Part shown: positions 55,830 through 64,000 of the stretch, one piece after another
Layout of the letters: every line of letters begins with the position of its first letter
How positions within the stretch are numbered: the stretch's first letter is position 1
From: a virus
Length of the DNA stretch: 64,000 nt
Strand: one strand, 5' to 3'
IMG/VR virus record: IMGVR_UViG_3300032093_000074
Span: 1-64,000 of that record
The notes under the pieces: generated by a model
Database searches by the model: none
What the model saw: only the letters and a program-made list of their open reading frames with translations
What the model was told of the DNA's origin: nothing
Made by a program: the position numbers and the translations under genes

Positions 55830-57382
55830 TGGCGGCCGACCCGACGAAGCAACTGGCCGAGAAGAAAGCCAAGAAAAGCCAGCTCGCTGTTGGTGTCCCC
55901 GAGCCTGAGACTGCCCCTGAGAGGGGGTGGGGCTGGTTCGGTGACTTTGTTGGCGATCTGAAAGACGCTGTGACGAATCCTGTGGCGACGGCCAAGCAGA
56001 TGCCAGGCGAGTTTCGTCGCACGTTTATTGACCCGATCTACGGCCTCGGCGAGTCGGTCAACCCGTTGGTTAAGCAGAGCCCGATGGAGCGGGTGAACAA
56101 GGCTGCCGGCGGTCTACTTACGGCTGCGGATTTGTTGACGCCGGCGATACCCGAAGGAGCTATTGCTAACCAGGCGACGCGTAAAATAGCTGGGGCCGTT
56201 GACGACATCGGTCTGAACGCCCCAGCGATCCGACCCGTGATAAGCCCGTCTGGGCTTGAGTTCCCCCGAAACTCGGCGACGACGCGATACGAGAGTGCGA
56301 TGAAAGATTTGGCGCGGGTCTACGGAAACCGTAGTGCCGTCCCAAGTATCCAGGTGCAGGGCAGCCAGATTCCAAAGATTTTGTCGGCTGGGCAATACGC
56401 TCCAGGGTTAGACCCCACATCTGGTTATATCGGGCTAGCTAACAGGTTGGCCGCAGAAAAGGGTGTTGACGCGAGGTCTGGCTATGCCGCGATCCGAAAC
56501 GAGCTGGAACAAAGTTTGGGCGGCCCCGTATATGGGCACATTAGAAACCCCCTCGACGTGCAGACTGCCAGCCAATACCGGACGCCCCGAGCGTTTATGA
56601 ACGCAGAAGAAGGCATGTCAAAACAGGCTATAGATGATTACTGGCGCGACTTCGCGGCTCAGGGCATTTTTGATTTCACTCCTAAGCCAGGCGCAACAGT
56701 CACCCCAGGTGACAGCTACATGATGTTCCGTAGATTTGATGACATCGGGCGCAAAAGTGATTTCCCTAAAATAGTCCAGCCCTATGACCCATCGTTGCCG
56801 CCGATTGCCTACAACGTCCCAACCCCAGAGGTGTACCAAAAACCGCTGCGTGATATAGGCGAGTATTTTGCGGAAAAAGCCGGCGCGTCACGGCTGCCGT
56901 ATGCCGAAATTCAAACGCCGCCAGTTGACGTTGCCGATATGCAAAGGCTTACCGTTATACGCGACGCCAATGAAATGACCCCCACATACGCCCCAGCCAC
57001 AGAGCAGATGGGCATGCGCCTCCGTCGCCAGAACGCTATGCAAACATTGGCAGCTAATAGGGCGCTGGCCGCTCAGGCCCGGGCAGCTGGACTGGACGTA
57101 GTCACGGGGCAAACAAAACGTGGGTCGGCAATGCTGACAGAGCGGAATCTTGAGCAGCTGCGCGAGAAACCTGGTTTTATGGATTTGTTGATGGAGGAGT
57201 TTTTTATTCCAGATCGACAAGCCCTTGACTTGGTAGATGAGGACCGGTACCGGGCTCAGCTACGCACGATGGCGCAGGAAATTGCGCGTCAGCGTCGTAG
57301 CCAACTAGCGGCCCGCGCAGCTGTCGCCCCAGAACGCGGGGCAAACGATTTGTTCCTAGCGCGGGAAAAGGATATCGCCTAA
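55829..57382 (+). CDS. Protein with DUF3626-like (putative ADP-ribosyltransferase-fold) domain
   Basis: IL..GQY, R..LE...G.PVYG.I, TVTPGDS, YAEIQ...V...D motifs. Confidence 0.5.
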   Translation: MAADPTKQLAEKKAKKSQLAVGVPEPETAPERGWGWFGDFVGDLKDAVTNPVATAKQMPGEFRRTFIDPIYGLGESVNPLVKQSPMERVNKAAGGLLTAADLLTPAIPEGAIANQATRKIAGAVDDIGLNAPAIRPVISPSGLEFPRNSATTRYESAMKDLARVYGNRSAVPSIQVQGSQIPKILSAGQYAPGLDPTSGYIGLANRLAAEKGVDARSGYAAIRNELEQSLGGPVYGHIRNPLDVQTASQYRTPRAFMNAEEGMSKQAIDDYWRDFAAQGIFDFTPKPGATVTPGDSYMMFRRFDDIGRKSDFPKIVQPYDPSLPPIAYNVPTPEVYQKPLRDIGEYFAEKAGASRLPYAEIQTPPVDVADMQRLTVIRDANEMTPTYAPATEQMGMRLRRQNAMQTLAANRALAAQARAAGLDVVTGQTKRGSAMLTERNLEQLREKPGFMDLLMEEFFIPDRQALDLVDEDRYRAQLRTMAQEIARQRRSQLAARAAVAPERGANDLFLAREKDIA

Positions 57383-57456
57383 CCCTTAAGGTTGTATTGA
57401 GGGTTGTTGCCGACTAGGGTAGTCGGAACATATCCGTAGACGCTTGGGAGCCGTAC

Positions 57457-57645
57457 ATGGGAACCACGAAAGAGTTTGAATACGGCGATGCCGTGAAGGT
57501 CAAAGGCCTGCATGGAGAGTTCGTCGTCCACAGCAAGAACCAGGACGGTTCATATTCGATTTATGGGGGGACGGTAAGTCACCGTCAGTTCAGGGATATC
57601 TATCCCGACCGGCTTACGCCGATCAAACGAAAGGAACGCCCATGA
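57457..57645 (+). CDS. Small SH3/KOW-like protein
   Basis: GDAVKVKG..GEF pattern; GGGAG RBS. Confidence 0.65.
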   Translation: MGTTKEFEYGDAVKVKGLHGEFVVHSKNQDGSYSIYGGTVSHRQFRDIYPDRLTPIKRKERP

Positions 57646-58061
57646 AGAAGATTCTCGTCGCCGCCTTTGCGGCCATGTCCTTGACCGCCAGCCCCGTCGG
57701 AGCGACCGAGTGGCGCTGCCCCAAATGGCACAAGCTCGCGCTTGACGTCGGGTTCAAACGGTCGGATCTCAAGACCCTTGACTACATTTTGTGGCGTGAG
57801 AGCCGATGCCGGCCAGAAGCCAAGGGCTACAACAAGCGGGCCGACGGCAGTGTCTGGTCGACCGACCTTGGGCTCAGCCAAATTAATAATTACAGCTGGG
57901 TTACCTACCTTCGGAACCTCGGGATCATCAAGCACTCCGAGGACCTGTTACACCCACGCACTAACTTGCGAGCTGCGAAAGCCTTGTATGACTACTCAAA
58001 GTCCAAGGGCTACTCACCGTGGCACCAATGGAGAATCAGTAGTAGCACATACCGAGGGTAA
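57642..58061 (+). CDS. Secreted lytic transglycosylase (homolog of 13051..13500)
   Basis: Signal peptide; RESRC; NKRADGSVWSTD.GL.QINNYSWVTYLR shared. Confidence 0.85.
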   Translation: MKKILVAAFAAMSLTASPVGATEWRCPKWHKLALDVGFKRSDLKTLDYILWRESRCRPEAKGYNKRADGSVWSTDLGLSQINNYSWVTYLRNLGIIKHSEDLLHPRTNLRAAKALYDYSKSKGYSPWHQWRISSSTYRG

Positions 58062-58090
58062 TGTGGTATAGTAGAATCATGGAGGATCAA

Positions 58091-58615
58091 ATGACCACAG
58101 AAATTGAGAAAACAACATTCGGTGTCGCCACAGGTGGCACCCCCGAGATCGTCAAAGTGTTCAACCGAGCACTCCTTGACGCTGACGAACTGCGCCAAGA
58201 GCTCGCAGACGCCGGTGACTACACGTCACTCGCCTACGGCCTCGTCGCGTTCAAAGACCTCAAAGCGAACCTGGACATCCTGGTCCGCGCAATCGAGGAC
58301 GACGTAGCTGCCCACCTGCCAGCAAAGAAACACACCATTGAAGGACTCGGCACCTTTGAGCGCCGATCCACCACGTCACGCAAATGGGACTCCGAAGGCC
58401 TCATGCAGTACATGGTGCGCGACGTCCTTGACCCCGACCGCACTGGTGAAGTCAACTACGACCGCATCTGGGATCTGATCGAGGCCCTCAAAGCCGTGCT
58501 GCCCCTCACCGCGTCGCTTGGCTGGCGTGTCACCGCACTCAAAGAGCTCGGCATGCCCGTGGACAACTTCGCCGAAACAACCTACGGCCGTCAAACAATC
58601 TCGGTGGTGAAGTGA
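58091..58615 (+). CDS. Hypothetical protein of recombination module
   Basis: GGAGG RBS; TATAGT promoter box at 58067; alternative leaderless start at 58079. Confidence 0.65.
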   Translation: MTTEIEKTTFGVATGGTPEIVKVFNRALLDADELRQELADAGDYTSLAYGLVAFKDLKANLDILVRAIEDDVAAHLPAKKHTIEGLGTFERRSTTSRKWDSEGLMQYMVRDVLDPDRTGEVNYDRIWDLIEALKAVLPLTASLGWRVTALKELGMPVDNFAETTYGRQTISVVK

Positions 58616-59544
58616 TGAGCGACGTAGAACTGTACGAACACACATGGAAACTCGCCCAACGTGTCAACCAGACACCGTTCGTGCCGAAGTCCATGATGGG
58701 CAAACCCGAACACGTCCTAGCCTGTGTGCTGTACGGGCGGGAGATCGGGCTCGGCCCAATGCAGGCGCTGAACAGCATCCACGTCATTGAAGGTCGCGCC
58801 GCTGCCAGCCCCGAACTGATGCGAGCACTCGTCGCCAAAGCCGGCCACCGCATCGACATCACCGAAAACACCAACGACGCATGCACCATGAAAGGCAGCC
58901 GGCAGGACACCGGCGCTGAAGCCGTGGTGCGCTGGTCAATGGACGACGCGAAGGCCGCAGGGCTGACGCACAAAGACAACTGGAAAAAGTATCCGCGAGC
59001 CATGCTGGCCGCGCGAGCGACAAGCGAACTGTGTCGCCTGCTTTTCCCAGACGTGATCGCTGGGCTTTCCTACACCCCTGAGGAGGTGGAAAGCATCTCT
59101 AACGAGAGGACCGTGACCCCGTCTCGCCAAGAGATCCAGGAAAGCCCAGCACCGACCGACGAACTGATCGTTGACGCTGTTATCGTGGCCGAGACGGATC
59201 AGTCCGTTGTGCAAGTGGAGGATGGGCCCGAGGTACCTGGGGAGGACATCGCGGGCCCATCCGAAACTGACCCAACCGAAGCCGCGCTGGAGCTCCTGAT
59301 GGAAGCGTTCCCCGGCAGTGAGCTCGTTGAAACCGGCGAACCAGTCGCCGAGGCTGAGCTGGTCGATAGCAAAACCGCTGACGAACGACGCAAAGAGATG
59401 AAAGCGTGGGGCAACTGGAACCGCATCCGTGCCGTAGCAATGCCCATTGCCCGAGGCGAAGGCATGGCCGTCCCACAGAACGTAGACGAGTTCATCAACA
59501 ACCACACCCTGTACACCCTCGTCGCAAAGCAGCTGAGCCGATGA
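58612..59544 (+). CDS. RecT-like single-strand annealing protein
   Basis: GKPE....G.EIGL.PMQAL..IHVIEGR, AKAAGL...NWKKYPRAML.ARA..PDV motifs. Confidence 0.8.
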   Translation: MMSDVELYEHTWKLAQRVNQTPFVPKSMMGKPEHVLACVLYGREIGLGPMQALNSIHVIEGRAAASPELMRALVAKAGHRIDITENTNDACTMKGSRQDTGAEAVVRWSMDDAKAAGLTHKDNWKKYPRAMLAARATSELCRLLFPDVIAGLSYTPEEVESISNERTVTPSRQEIQESPAPTDELIVDAVIVAETDQSVVQVEDGPEVPGEDIAGPSETDPTEAALELLMEAFPGSELVETGEPVAEAELVDSKTADERRKEMKAWGNWNRIRAVAMPIARGEGMAVPQNVDEFINNHTLYTLVAKQLSR

Positions 59545-59717
59545 TGCCGTTCGGATACGACATGTTCCAAGACCCCGACGTGGTCAAGGAAATGATGGAC
59601 AACATCGCCAAGATCATGAAACGCAACGGCGAGCTGTATGCGATGGTCGGCAAAATGGAACAAGAAATCGGCCAGCTAAGAATGGAGCTGTTACTTCGTG
59701 GCGACACACATAGCTGA
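59541..59717 (+). CDS. Small coiled-coil protein
   Basis: Coupled ORF. Confidence 0.55.
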   Translation: MMPFGYDMFQDPDVVKEMMDNIAKIMKRNGELYAMVGKMEQEIGQLRMELLLRGDTHS

Positions 59718-60324
59718 CATCCCTCGACCCATGTACGCGTACGTCAACACGGCGTACCTGTACGACCATCACCCTGACCACATCGCGTCATGGCAAGAGT
59801 GCCTGATCTACGGCATCTCCGCTATCCCCAGCCGCGCGTGGGGCCTATCCATCCTGATGAACAACGGCGCGATGGTGCAACACCTGCCACCCCAAGCCGT
59901 ATCGCTTCAAGGCCACAGCCAAGCCGGCGAGCTCGACCACTACCACGCACTGCCCGACCTGCAAGTCTGGTCATGCTACGGCTACGACTTCGCAGTCCAC
60001 GAATACGACGCCCTGTCCGAACTGCGGTGCCGCGTCTACCTCGGTGACGGCACATGGGAACCTGGCCGCTACTGGTTCACCGCCGCGCCCTACGGCGACC
60101 ACTACGCTCGCACACCCGACCAGCACAAGCATTTCAACTTCGTGTGGCTTGAGTGCGGCGCGCTCGCAGCCCTGCCGGGGAATCGAATGTTGATGAGCGA
60201 CCCGAGTTTCACCCACCTGCCCCCCGAAGGGGTGCGGCCGGACTACAGGGTCAACACGCGCTACTGGTACCCCGAAGACCCGTGGCTAAAGTTCGATAAA
60301 ACTATTACGGAGGTAACAGGATGA
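59698..60324 (+). CDS. Conserved hypothetical phage protein
   Basis: G..AIP.RA...NGA...HLP..WSCY..G.Y.FT..QHK..G..AA.P.NR pattern. Confidence 0.7.
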   Translation: MATHIADIPRPMYAYVNTAYLYDHHPDHIASWQECLIYGISAIPSRAWGLSILMNNGAMVQHLPPQAVSLQGHSQAGELDHYHALPDLQVWSCYGYDFAVHEYDALSELRCRVYLGDGTWEPGRYWFTAAPYGDHYARTPDQHKHFNFVWLECGALAALPGNRMLMSDPSFTHLPPEGVRPDYRVNTRYWYPEDPWLKFDKTITEVTG

Positions 60325-60536
60325 ACCGCGAAGAATGGCTTGACTTTGGTTTCGACCACGGTTTTTGTAGCAGGCCCGTGTGTGCCGTGCACGACTGGCT
60401 CCCGTCTACAGCTGAAGAAGAACAAGACTTCTGCGAAGGCTTGGACCCGTGCATTGTGGCGATCCGTGTCTACCACGACGACGCTGAGAAGCAGGCGGTC
60501 GAAGACAACGATGGCATCCTTAAGAGTGGTAGCTGA
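60321..60536 (+). CDS. Hypothetical protein (C..HD..GLDPC)
   Basis: GGAGG RBS; coupled. Confidence 0.7.
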   Translation: MNREEWLDFGFDHGFCSRPVCAVHDWLPSTAEEEQDFCEGLDPCIVAIRVYHDDAEKQAVEDNDGILKSGS

Positions 60537-60586
60537 TCGCCCACGATGGAGGACGCGAGCGACCAGCCGCGTCTAATCTACCCAAT

Positions 60587-60628
60587 AGAAAAGCCCGAGT
60601 CCGGGGTCACACTTCGGACTCGGGCTTT
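60587..60628 (-). terminator. Intrinsic terminator of divergent regulator gene; 11-nt loop AAGUGUGACCC
   Basis: 14-bp perfect arms 60590-60603/60615-60628; UUUUCUAUU tail on minus strand. Confidence 0.8.
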
Positions 60629-60655
60629 ACCGCGCTTGGGAGCGAGCGGAGACTA

Positions 60656-60919
60656 TCAGGGCAAGTGTGTGAAAGCAAGTTTGGGTGGCCGCTTGATTCC
60701 GTACACGGTGTGGCCCTTCGGTGTGTTCCTGGAGACAAAGTCGTAGCCCTGGGATTCGTAGCGCCGGCGCAGCCGTTTGCATCGGTGTTTGGCGATACTG
60801 CTGGAGGGGAACGACCCGAGCGCGGCCCACTGCCCTACGTTCGCGTCAAGGAAGGCGACGAACTCAGCGGCCTTGGCTGAGGCTTCGCGGGGTGGCCGTT
60901 CGAGGATGAAGTCAGACAT
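60656..60919 (-). CDS. Small putative DNA-binding regulator, leaderless, divergent from early operon
   Basis: TAAACT -10 box 7 nt before ATG; basic protein with GQWA..A...R..G.DF.SR..VYG pattern. Confidence 0.6.
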   Translation of the reverse strand: MSDFILERPPREASAKAAEFVAFLDANVGQWAALGSFPSSSIAKHRCKRLRRRYESQGYDFVSRNTPKGHTVYGIKRPPKLAFTHLP

Positions 60920-60926
60920 AGCTACG

Positions 60927-60973
60927 AGTTTAGTGCGCGAAGGGTTGCGCGTCGAGTTGGTTGGTGGTATTGT
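60927..60973. promoter_or_regulatory. Overlapping divergent promoters
   Basis: Plus strand TTGCGC-17-TATTGT (60945-60973); minus strand TCGACG-17-TAAACT. Confidence 0.65.
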
Positions 60974-61010
60974 CGAACACGTCGCCAACCGGCGACACCT
61001 TCACAACCTC

Positions 61011-61024
61011 GAAAGGGTCACACC
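61011..61024 (+). promoter_or_regulatory. Start-associated motif GAAAGGGTCACACC (copy 1; others at 62193, 63623, 63856)
   Basis: Motif 0-1 nt before four early start codons; copy 2 reads GAAAGAGGGTCACACC. Confidence 0.9.
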
Positions 61025-61579
61025 ATGAGCGCATATTTAGTTAATCAAGACACCATCAACCTATTGGCGTCGGCCGCCCTCGATCCCATGTGGCGAGGCC
61101 ACGGCGCGCACACTTCCGGCGTCAGCGTCTACGCCGAGACAGGCCACCTCAAGTGCCACACCCGCGAGGCCCGCGACTTAGTGCGGCCTGATGGTTGGTC
61201 AAAGCGTTTTGAGGTCTTCGAGGCCACCTATTCCGACGGCGACACCTTGGCCCGCGAACTGGCGGCCGCTAACTATTTTTCGATGATCGCCCGCTACCCC
61301 AAAGAACATGACCTCGCCACCATGTACGAGTACGCCGCCGGCCACTCCTTCCAGCGCATTAGCGCGGCCGAGGCCACGCGCCTCGACGTGCTCGGGGCCA
61401 TCAACTGCTACAGGTACCAAAGCTGCGAAGCGGGCGACGAATACGACCGACTTTGGGGCCGGTTCTGCCAGGCGCTAGAACGCCGCGTGGTGTCCGAGTT
61501 GCCTGGTGTTGGTTGGGAATACAAGCGCCCCGAGTCGGCCCCCGTGTCGATCTTCGAGCTGTCGCAGAAGGGCAAGTGA
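61025..61579 (+). CDS. Hypothetical early protein (MSAYLV..I..L, N..S..ARY, CYRYQSCE family)
   Basis: ORF with start-associated motif. Confidence 0.8.
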   Translation: MSAYLVNQDTINLLASAALDPMWRGHGAHTSGVSVYAETGHLKCHTREARDLVRPDGWSKRFEVFEATYSDGDTLARELAAANYFSMIARYPKEHDLATMYEYAAGHSFQRISAAEATRLDVLGAINCYRYQSCEAGDEYDRLWGRFCQALERRVVSELPGVGWEYKRPESAPVSIFELSQKGK

Positions 61580-62088
61580 TGAGGCCGACATTCACCCCCG
61601 AGCAACTCGACCACCTGGCCGCCGGCGAAACTGTCGAGGCTGGCGGCGTGGCCTGGACCGTCAACACGTCGGGCGATGCCGATACGCAGCTTGCCGACTT
61701 CGATTGCTACGGCCGCGTCGAGTGGATTGGCCGCCGCCCCGAGATGCAGCGGCCCGCAGGGTTTAGCGGCCGCGCCGAAAAGATCCACACCGGCAGGGAT
61801 GCTTACTGGTGGGAGCCGCCGGCAGACATCGCCCCCGCAGTGTGGCACAGTGACGCGCAGCTCCGACGCTCGTTGCGTCACAGTGTTTTAGACATTCTGG
61901 CGCATGGTTTCCAGATTGTGAGCCTGTCCGGCCGGCGGCGGTGCGAGTGTTGCGGCAGTGTGCGGGAGGTCACTGGGGCCGCGCTCGGCGGCGTCGATCC
62001 CTTCCCCGACGCCTCGTACCTGCGGGACATAATCCAGGACCTGGGCAGCATGGTCGACGTTCCCGAGACGGTGGCCGCAGCGCACTAA
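61579..62088 (+). CDS. Hypothetical early protein
   Basis: TGATG-coupled ORF. Confidence 0.65.
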   Translation: MRPTFTPEQLDHLAAGETVEAGGVAWTVNTSGDADTQLADFDCYGRVEWIGRRPEMQRPAGFSGRAEKIHTGRDAYWWEPPADIAPAVWHSDAQLRRSLRHSVLDILAHGFQIVSLSGRRRCECCGSVREVTGAALGGVDPFPDASYLRDIIQDLGSMVDVPETVAAAH

Positions 62089-62110
62089 CCTCGACAAAAC
62101 TACCCAACCG

Positions 62111-62158
62111 AAAGAGGCCCGCCCGATCACTTGCGGCGGGCCTCTTTTCGTGTATCAT
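62111..62158 (+). terminator. Terminator fused with downstream promoter
   Basis: AAAGAGGCCCGCC..GGCGGGCCTCTTTT; TTGCGG-16-TATCAT overlaps the 3' arm. Confidence 0.65.
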
Positions 62159-62208
62159 CACACCACGCGCGGCAACGGGCCGCACGTTCACAGAAAGAGG
62201 GTCACACC

Positions 62209-62871
62209 TTGAGAATAGTAGAAGTAACCAAGTACAAGGGCGGCCAGGGGGCAACACTTACCGCCGCCATGTTCGCGCTCGTCGCGCTCGAAGATTCCGG
62301 CCCGCTGGCCCAGGTGCTCATTGTGTCGGATTCGCTCGATATCTTTTCTGCCCTGGCGCTGCCCTCCCCCATTAACGGCAGCGGGGCCTACAGTAACGAG
62401 CGGCTGCACGTTGTGAAGGTCGACGACAAGGTGACGCGCAAAGAACTCGAAGACCTGGCCAAAGGGTTCGGCGCTTCGTATGTCGTCACTGACCTCGCCG
62501 AGATTATCCGAGACGTGAAGAATAGCCGCCCGCTATGGAGGTCGAAAGACGTAGCGCACGAACTGGTGACAGTTTGCCGGCCCTGCTATATGGCCATTCG
62601 CTCGACGCTGGCGGCAAAGAATCCGAACATTCACCACCTGGTGACGTTCGAGGAAGAAGGGCGCGCGCTCACCGTAAAGGACCTGCACACCGTGACGCGG
62701 CCCAACCGGATCACGGCGGCCAAGTGGGCCCCGACAGTGGCCCGCGCGCTCGATGCTGGCCTACTCCAGCACCGTAGGCCCGCCGAACTCGCCGGCCTGG
62801 AGGCTGGGGCCCGCACTACCTGGGCGGTCCTGGCACTGAAGGCGGCAGACTTGGCGGGGGCTTCGGCATGA
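62209..62871 (+). CDS. MinD/ParA-superfamily protein, Ssd/TadZ(CpaE)-like
   Basis: TTG start after motif; deviant Walker A KGGQGAT; RPCYMAIR, EEGRALT..DL, W.P.VARALDAGLL. Confidence 0.65.
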   Translation: MRIVEVTKYKGGQGATLTAAMFALVALEDSGPLAQVLIVSDSLDIFSALALPSPINGSGAYSNERLHVVKVDDKVTRKELEDLAKGFGASYVVTDLAEIIRDVKNSRPLWRSKDVAHELVTVCRPCYMAIRSTLAAKNPNIHHLVTFEEEGRALTVKDLHTVTRPNRITAAKWAPTVARALDAGLLQHRRPAELAGLEAGARTTWAVLALKAADLAGASA

Positions 62872-63143
62872 GCGAATACAACCGCATGACGCGCCGCGCG
62901 TTGCTCGACCACCTCGACAGTGTGGCGGCGGCCCTCCGAGAAAGTGACCGGCCCTCTGCCCTGGAGGTGGCTGCCCTTTGTGCTGCCATTGACCGCGCCG
63001 CGCTCGATCAAATCCGCGACATACTCGCCCAACCTGACGCCGGCCTCGATTCCCTCGATGAGGTGGCCGAGGTCCTCGAACTGGCAGCGGAACAAAACTT
63101 ACAAGCAGTCCGAGACGCGCGCCGAGGGGGTCCGACATGGTGA
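62868..63143 (+). CDS. Hypothetical early protein
   Basis: Coupled ORF. Confidence 0.6.
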   Translation: MSEYNRMTRRALLDHLDSVAAALRESDRPSALEVAALCAAIDRAALDQIRDILAQPDAGLDSLDEVAEVLELAAEQNLQAVRDARRGGPTW

Positions 63144-63532
63144 CGCCCTTTCAGGTGTGCCACTGCGGCGGCGCTCCAGGTATGCCGCACCCTTCGGCGT
63201 GCCCTTATCCGTACTACGGAGACGTGCCGCGCCTGGTCGACGAGTGGCAGCGGGCTAGTGACGAGCGGGCCGAACACTTGGCCAGTGAGCGCGAACTAGC
63301 CGGCCTCGACGGGTTCGGGGAAGTGTTCGCCCTGGCTGCGGCCGAGCGGGCTGCGCTCCTGGTGCGACTGGTGCACCGTCATTTACTCGACGCGTACACG
63401 GCCGGCGAGGTGGTGACCGACGCCGGCGAGATCCTCGACCACCTGCGCGAGGTTCGCAAAGTGTCGCGCGAGTCGATGACCTACGCCCAGGCCTTCGAGT
63501 TCGAGAACGCAACGCCGGCCCCCTGGCCGTAG
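63137..63532 (+). CDS. Hypothetical early protein
   Basis: GAGGGG RBS; overlaps upstream stop. Confidence 0.6.
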   Translation: MVTPFQVCHCGGAPGMPHPSACPYPYYGDVPRLVDEWQRASDERAEHLASERELAGLDGFGEVFALAAAERAALLVRLVHRHLLDAYTAGEVVTDAGEILDHLREVRKVSRESMTYAQAFEFENATPAPWP

Positions 63533-63543
63533 TGCTCGACGAT

Positions 63544-63591
63544 AAAGGCCCGCCAGGTATCCCCCGCCTGGCGGGCCTTTTCGCGTACTGT
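63544..63591 (+). terminator. Terminator fused with downstream promoter
   Basis: AAAGGCCCGCCAGG-TATCCCCCG-CCTGGCGGGCCTTTT then TACTGT -10; arms resemble 62111. Confidence 0.7.
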
Positions 63592-63637
63592 CACATGTGC
63601 CGCCGCTCCTGGCGGCCCGTAAGAAAGGGTCACACCA

Positions 63638-63874
63638 ATGAGAACACCACACGCCGCACCGTTCCCCGAAGGGTGCACACTGACGCCGCCCGAGTGCGAA
63701 GCCGTCGCCATTGTCGAGGCAGGTGCGCGCCATTACGAAGCCACGAAGAACGAGCCGGCCCCTACCTCGGCGCTCCTGGCCGTTGTCGTTGCCCTGGCCG
63801 GTTGCTTTGTGGTAATGTCCATCTTCACCGGCCGCACGTCGCGGCCCGTCACACCGAAAGGGTCACACCAATGA
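63638..63874 (+). CDS. Hypothetical early membrane protein
   Basis: Start-associated motif; one TM. Confidence 0.65.
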   Translation: MRTPHAAPFPEGCTLTPPECEAVAIVEAGARHYEATKNEPAPTSALLAVVVALAGCFVVMSIFTGRTSRPVTPKGSHQ

Positions 63875-64000
63875 GCAACGAAACAACAACCACCACCGGC
63901 ACAGCTGCGGCCGCCGCGTTCATCGAGCTTGTCACCAAGTGCAGGGAAACACAGGCGGCCGAGATCGAAGGAGGCGGCCAGGCCGAGGCCTGGGCCATTC
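63871..64000 (+). CDS. Hypothetical early protein (partial)
   Basis: Start-associated motif and TAATGT -10 at 63813; runs off the window. Confidence 0.6.
   Translation, partial: MSNETTTTTGTAAAAAFIELVTKCRETQAAEIEGGGQAEAWAI

Overview
The window holds DNA from two different tailed phages of an actinobacterial host (tandem WhiB genes, AGAAAGG-type RBS, many leaderless starts). Both look podovirus-like: adaptor, nozzle and internal virion proteins, with no tape measure or tail tube recognised. Phage A runs from 1 to about 40.56 kb. It is an apparently complete ~38.3 kb circularly permuted unit (tail/lysis, recombination/methylase/WhiB, a minus-strand early operon, a ~1 kb non-coding region, terminase-portal-internal proteins-scaffold-capsid, glycosyltransferases and fibres), followed by a second, allelic copy of its fibre/adhesin/GT2 module. 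At ~40.57 kb, inside the 3' end of the GT2 gene, the sequence switches to phage B (tail, lysis, 2322-aa internal protein, RecT-like gene, divergent switch and early operon). The switch is marked by the first appearance of GATC, which I did not find in the stretches of A that I scanned. The most notable unexplained signals are RNA-level. (1) Three anticodon-less mini-tRNA mimics, each followed by a hairpin and an RBS, punctuate the early operon of A. (2) In B, the terminator of a leaderless divergent regulator gene has a loop antisense to a 9-nt motif conserved at four early-gene starts. (3) A ~490-nt candidate structured RNA lies upstream of the terminase in a genome with no recognisable replication initiator. 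Other points of interest are two truncated beta-clamp-like modules, an overlapping-frame (EcoHK31I-type) C5 methyltransferase with a nonsense codon and a G9 slippage tract, constant-anchor/variable-tip adhesin cassettes, a DUF3626-like putative ADP-ribosyltransferase and an Ssd/TadZ-like early protein. All protein-family calls come from motif recognition by eye; no database search was run.
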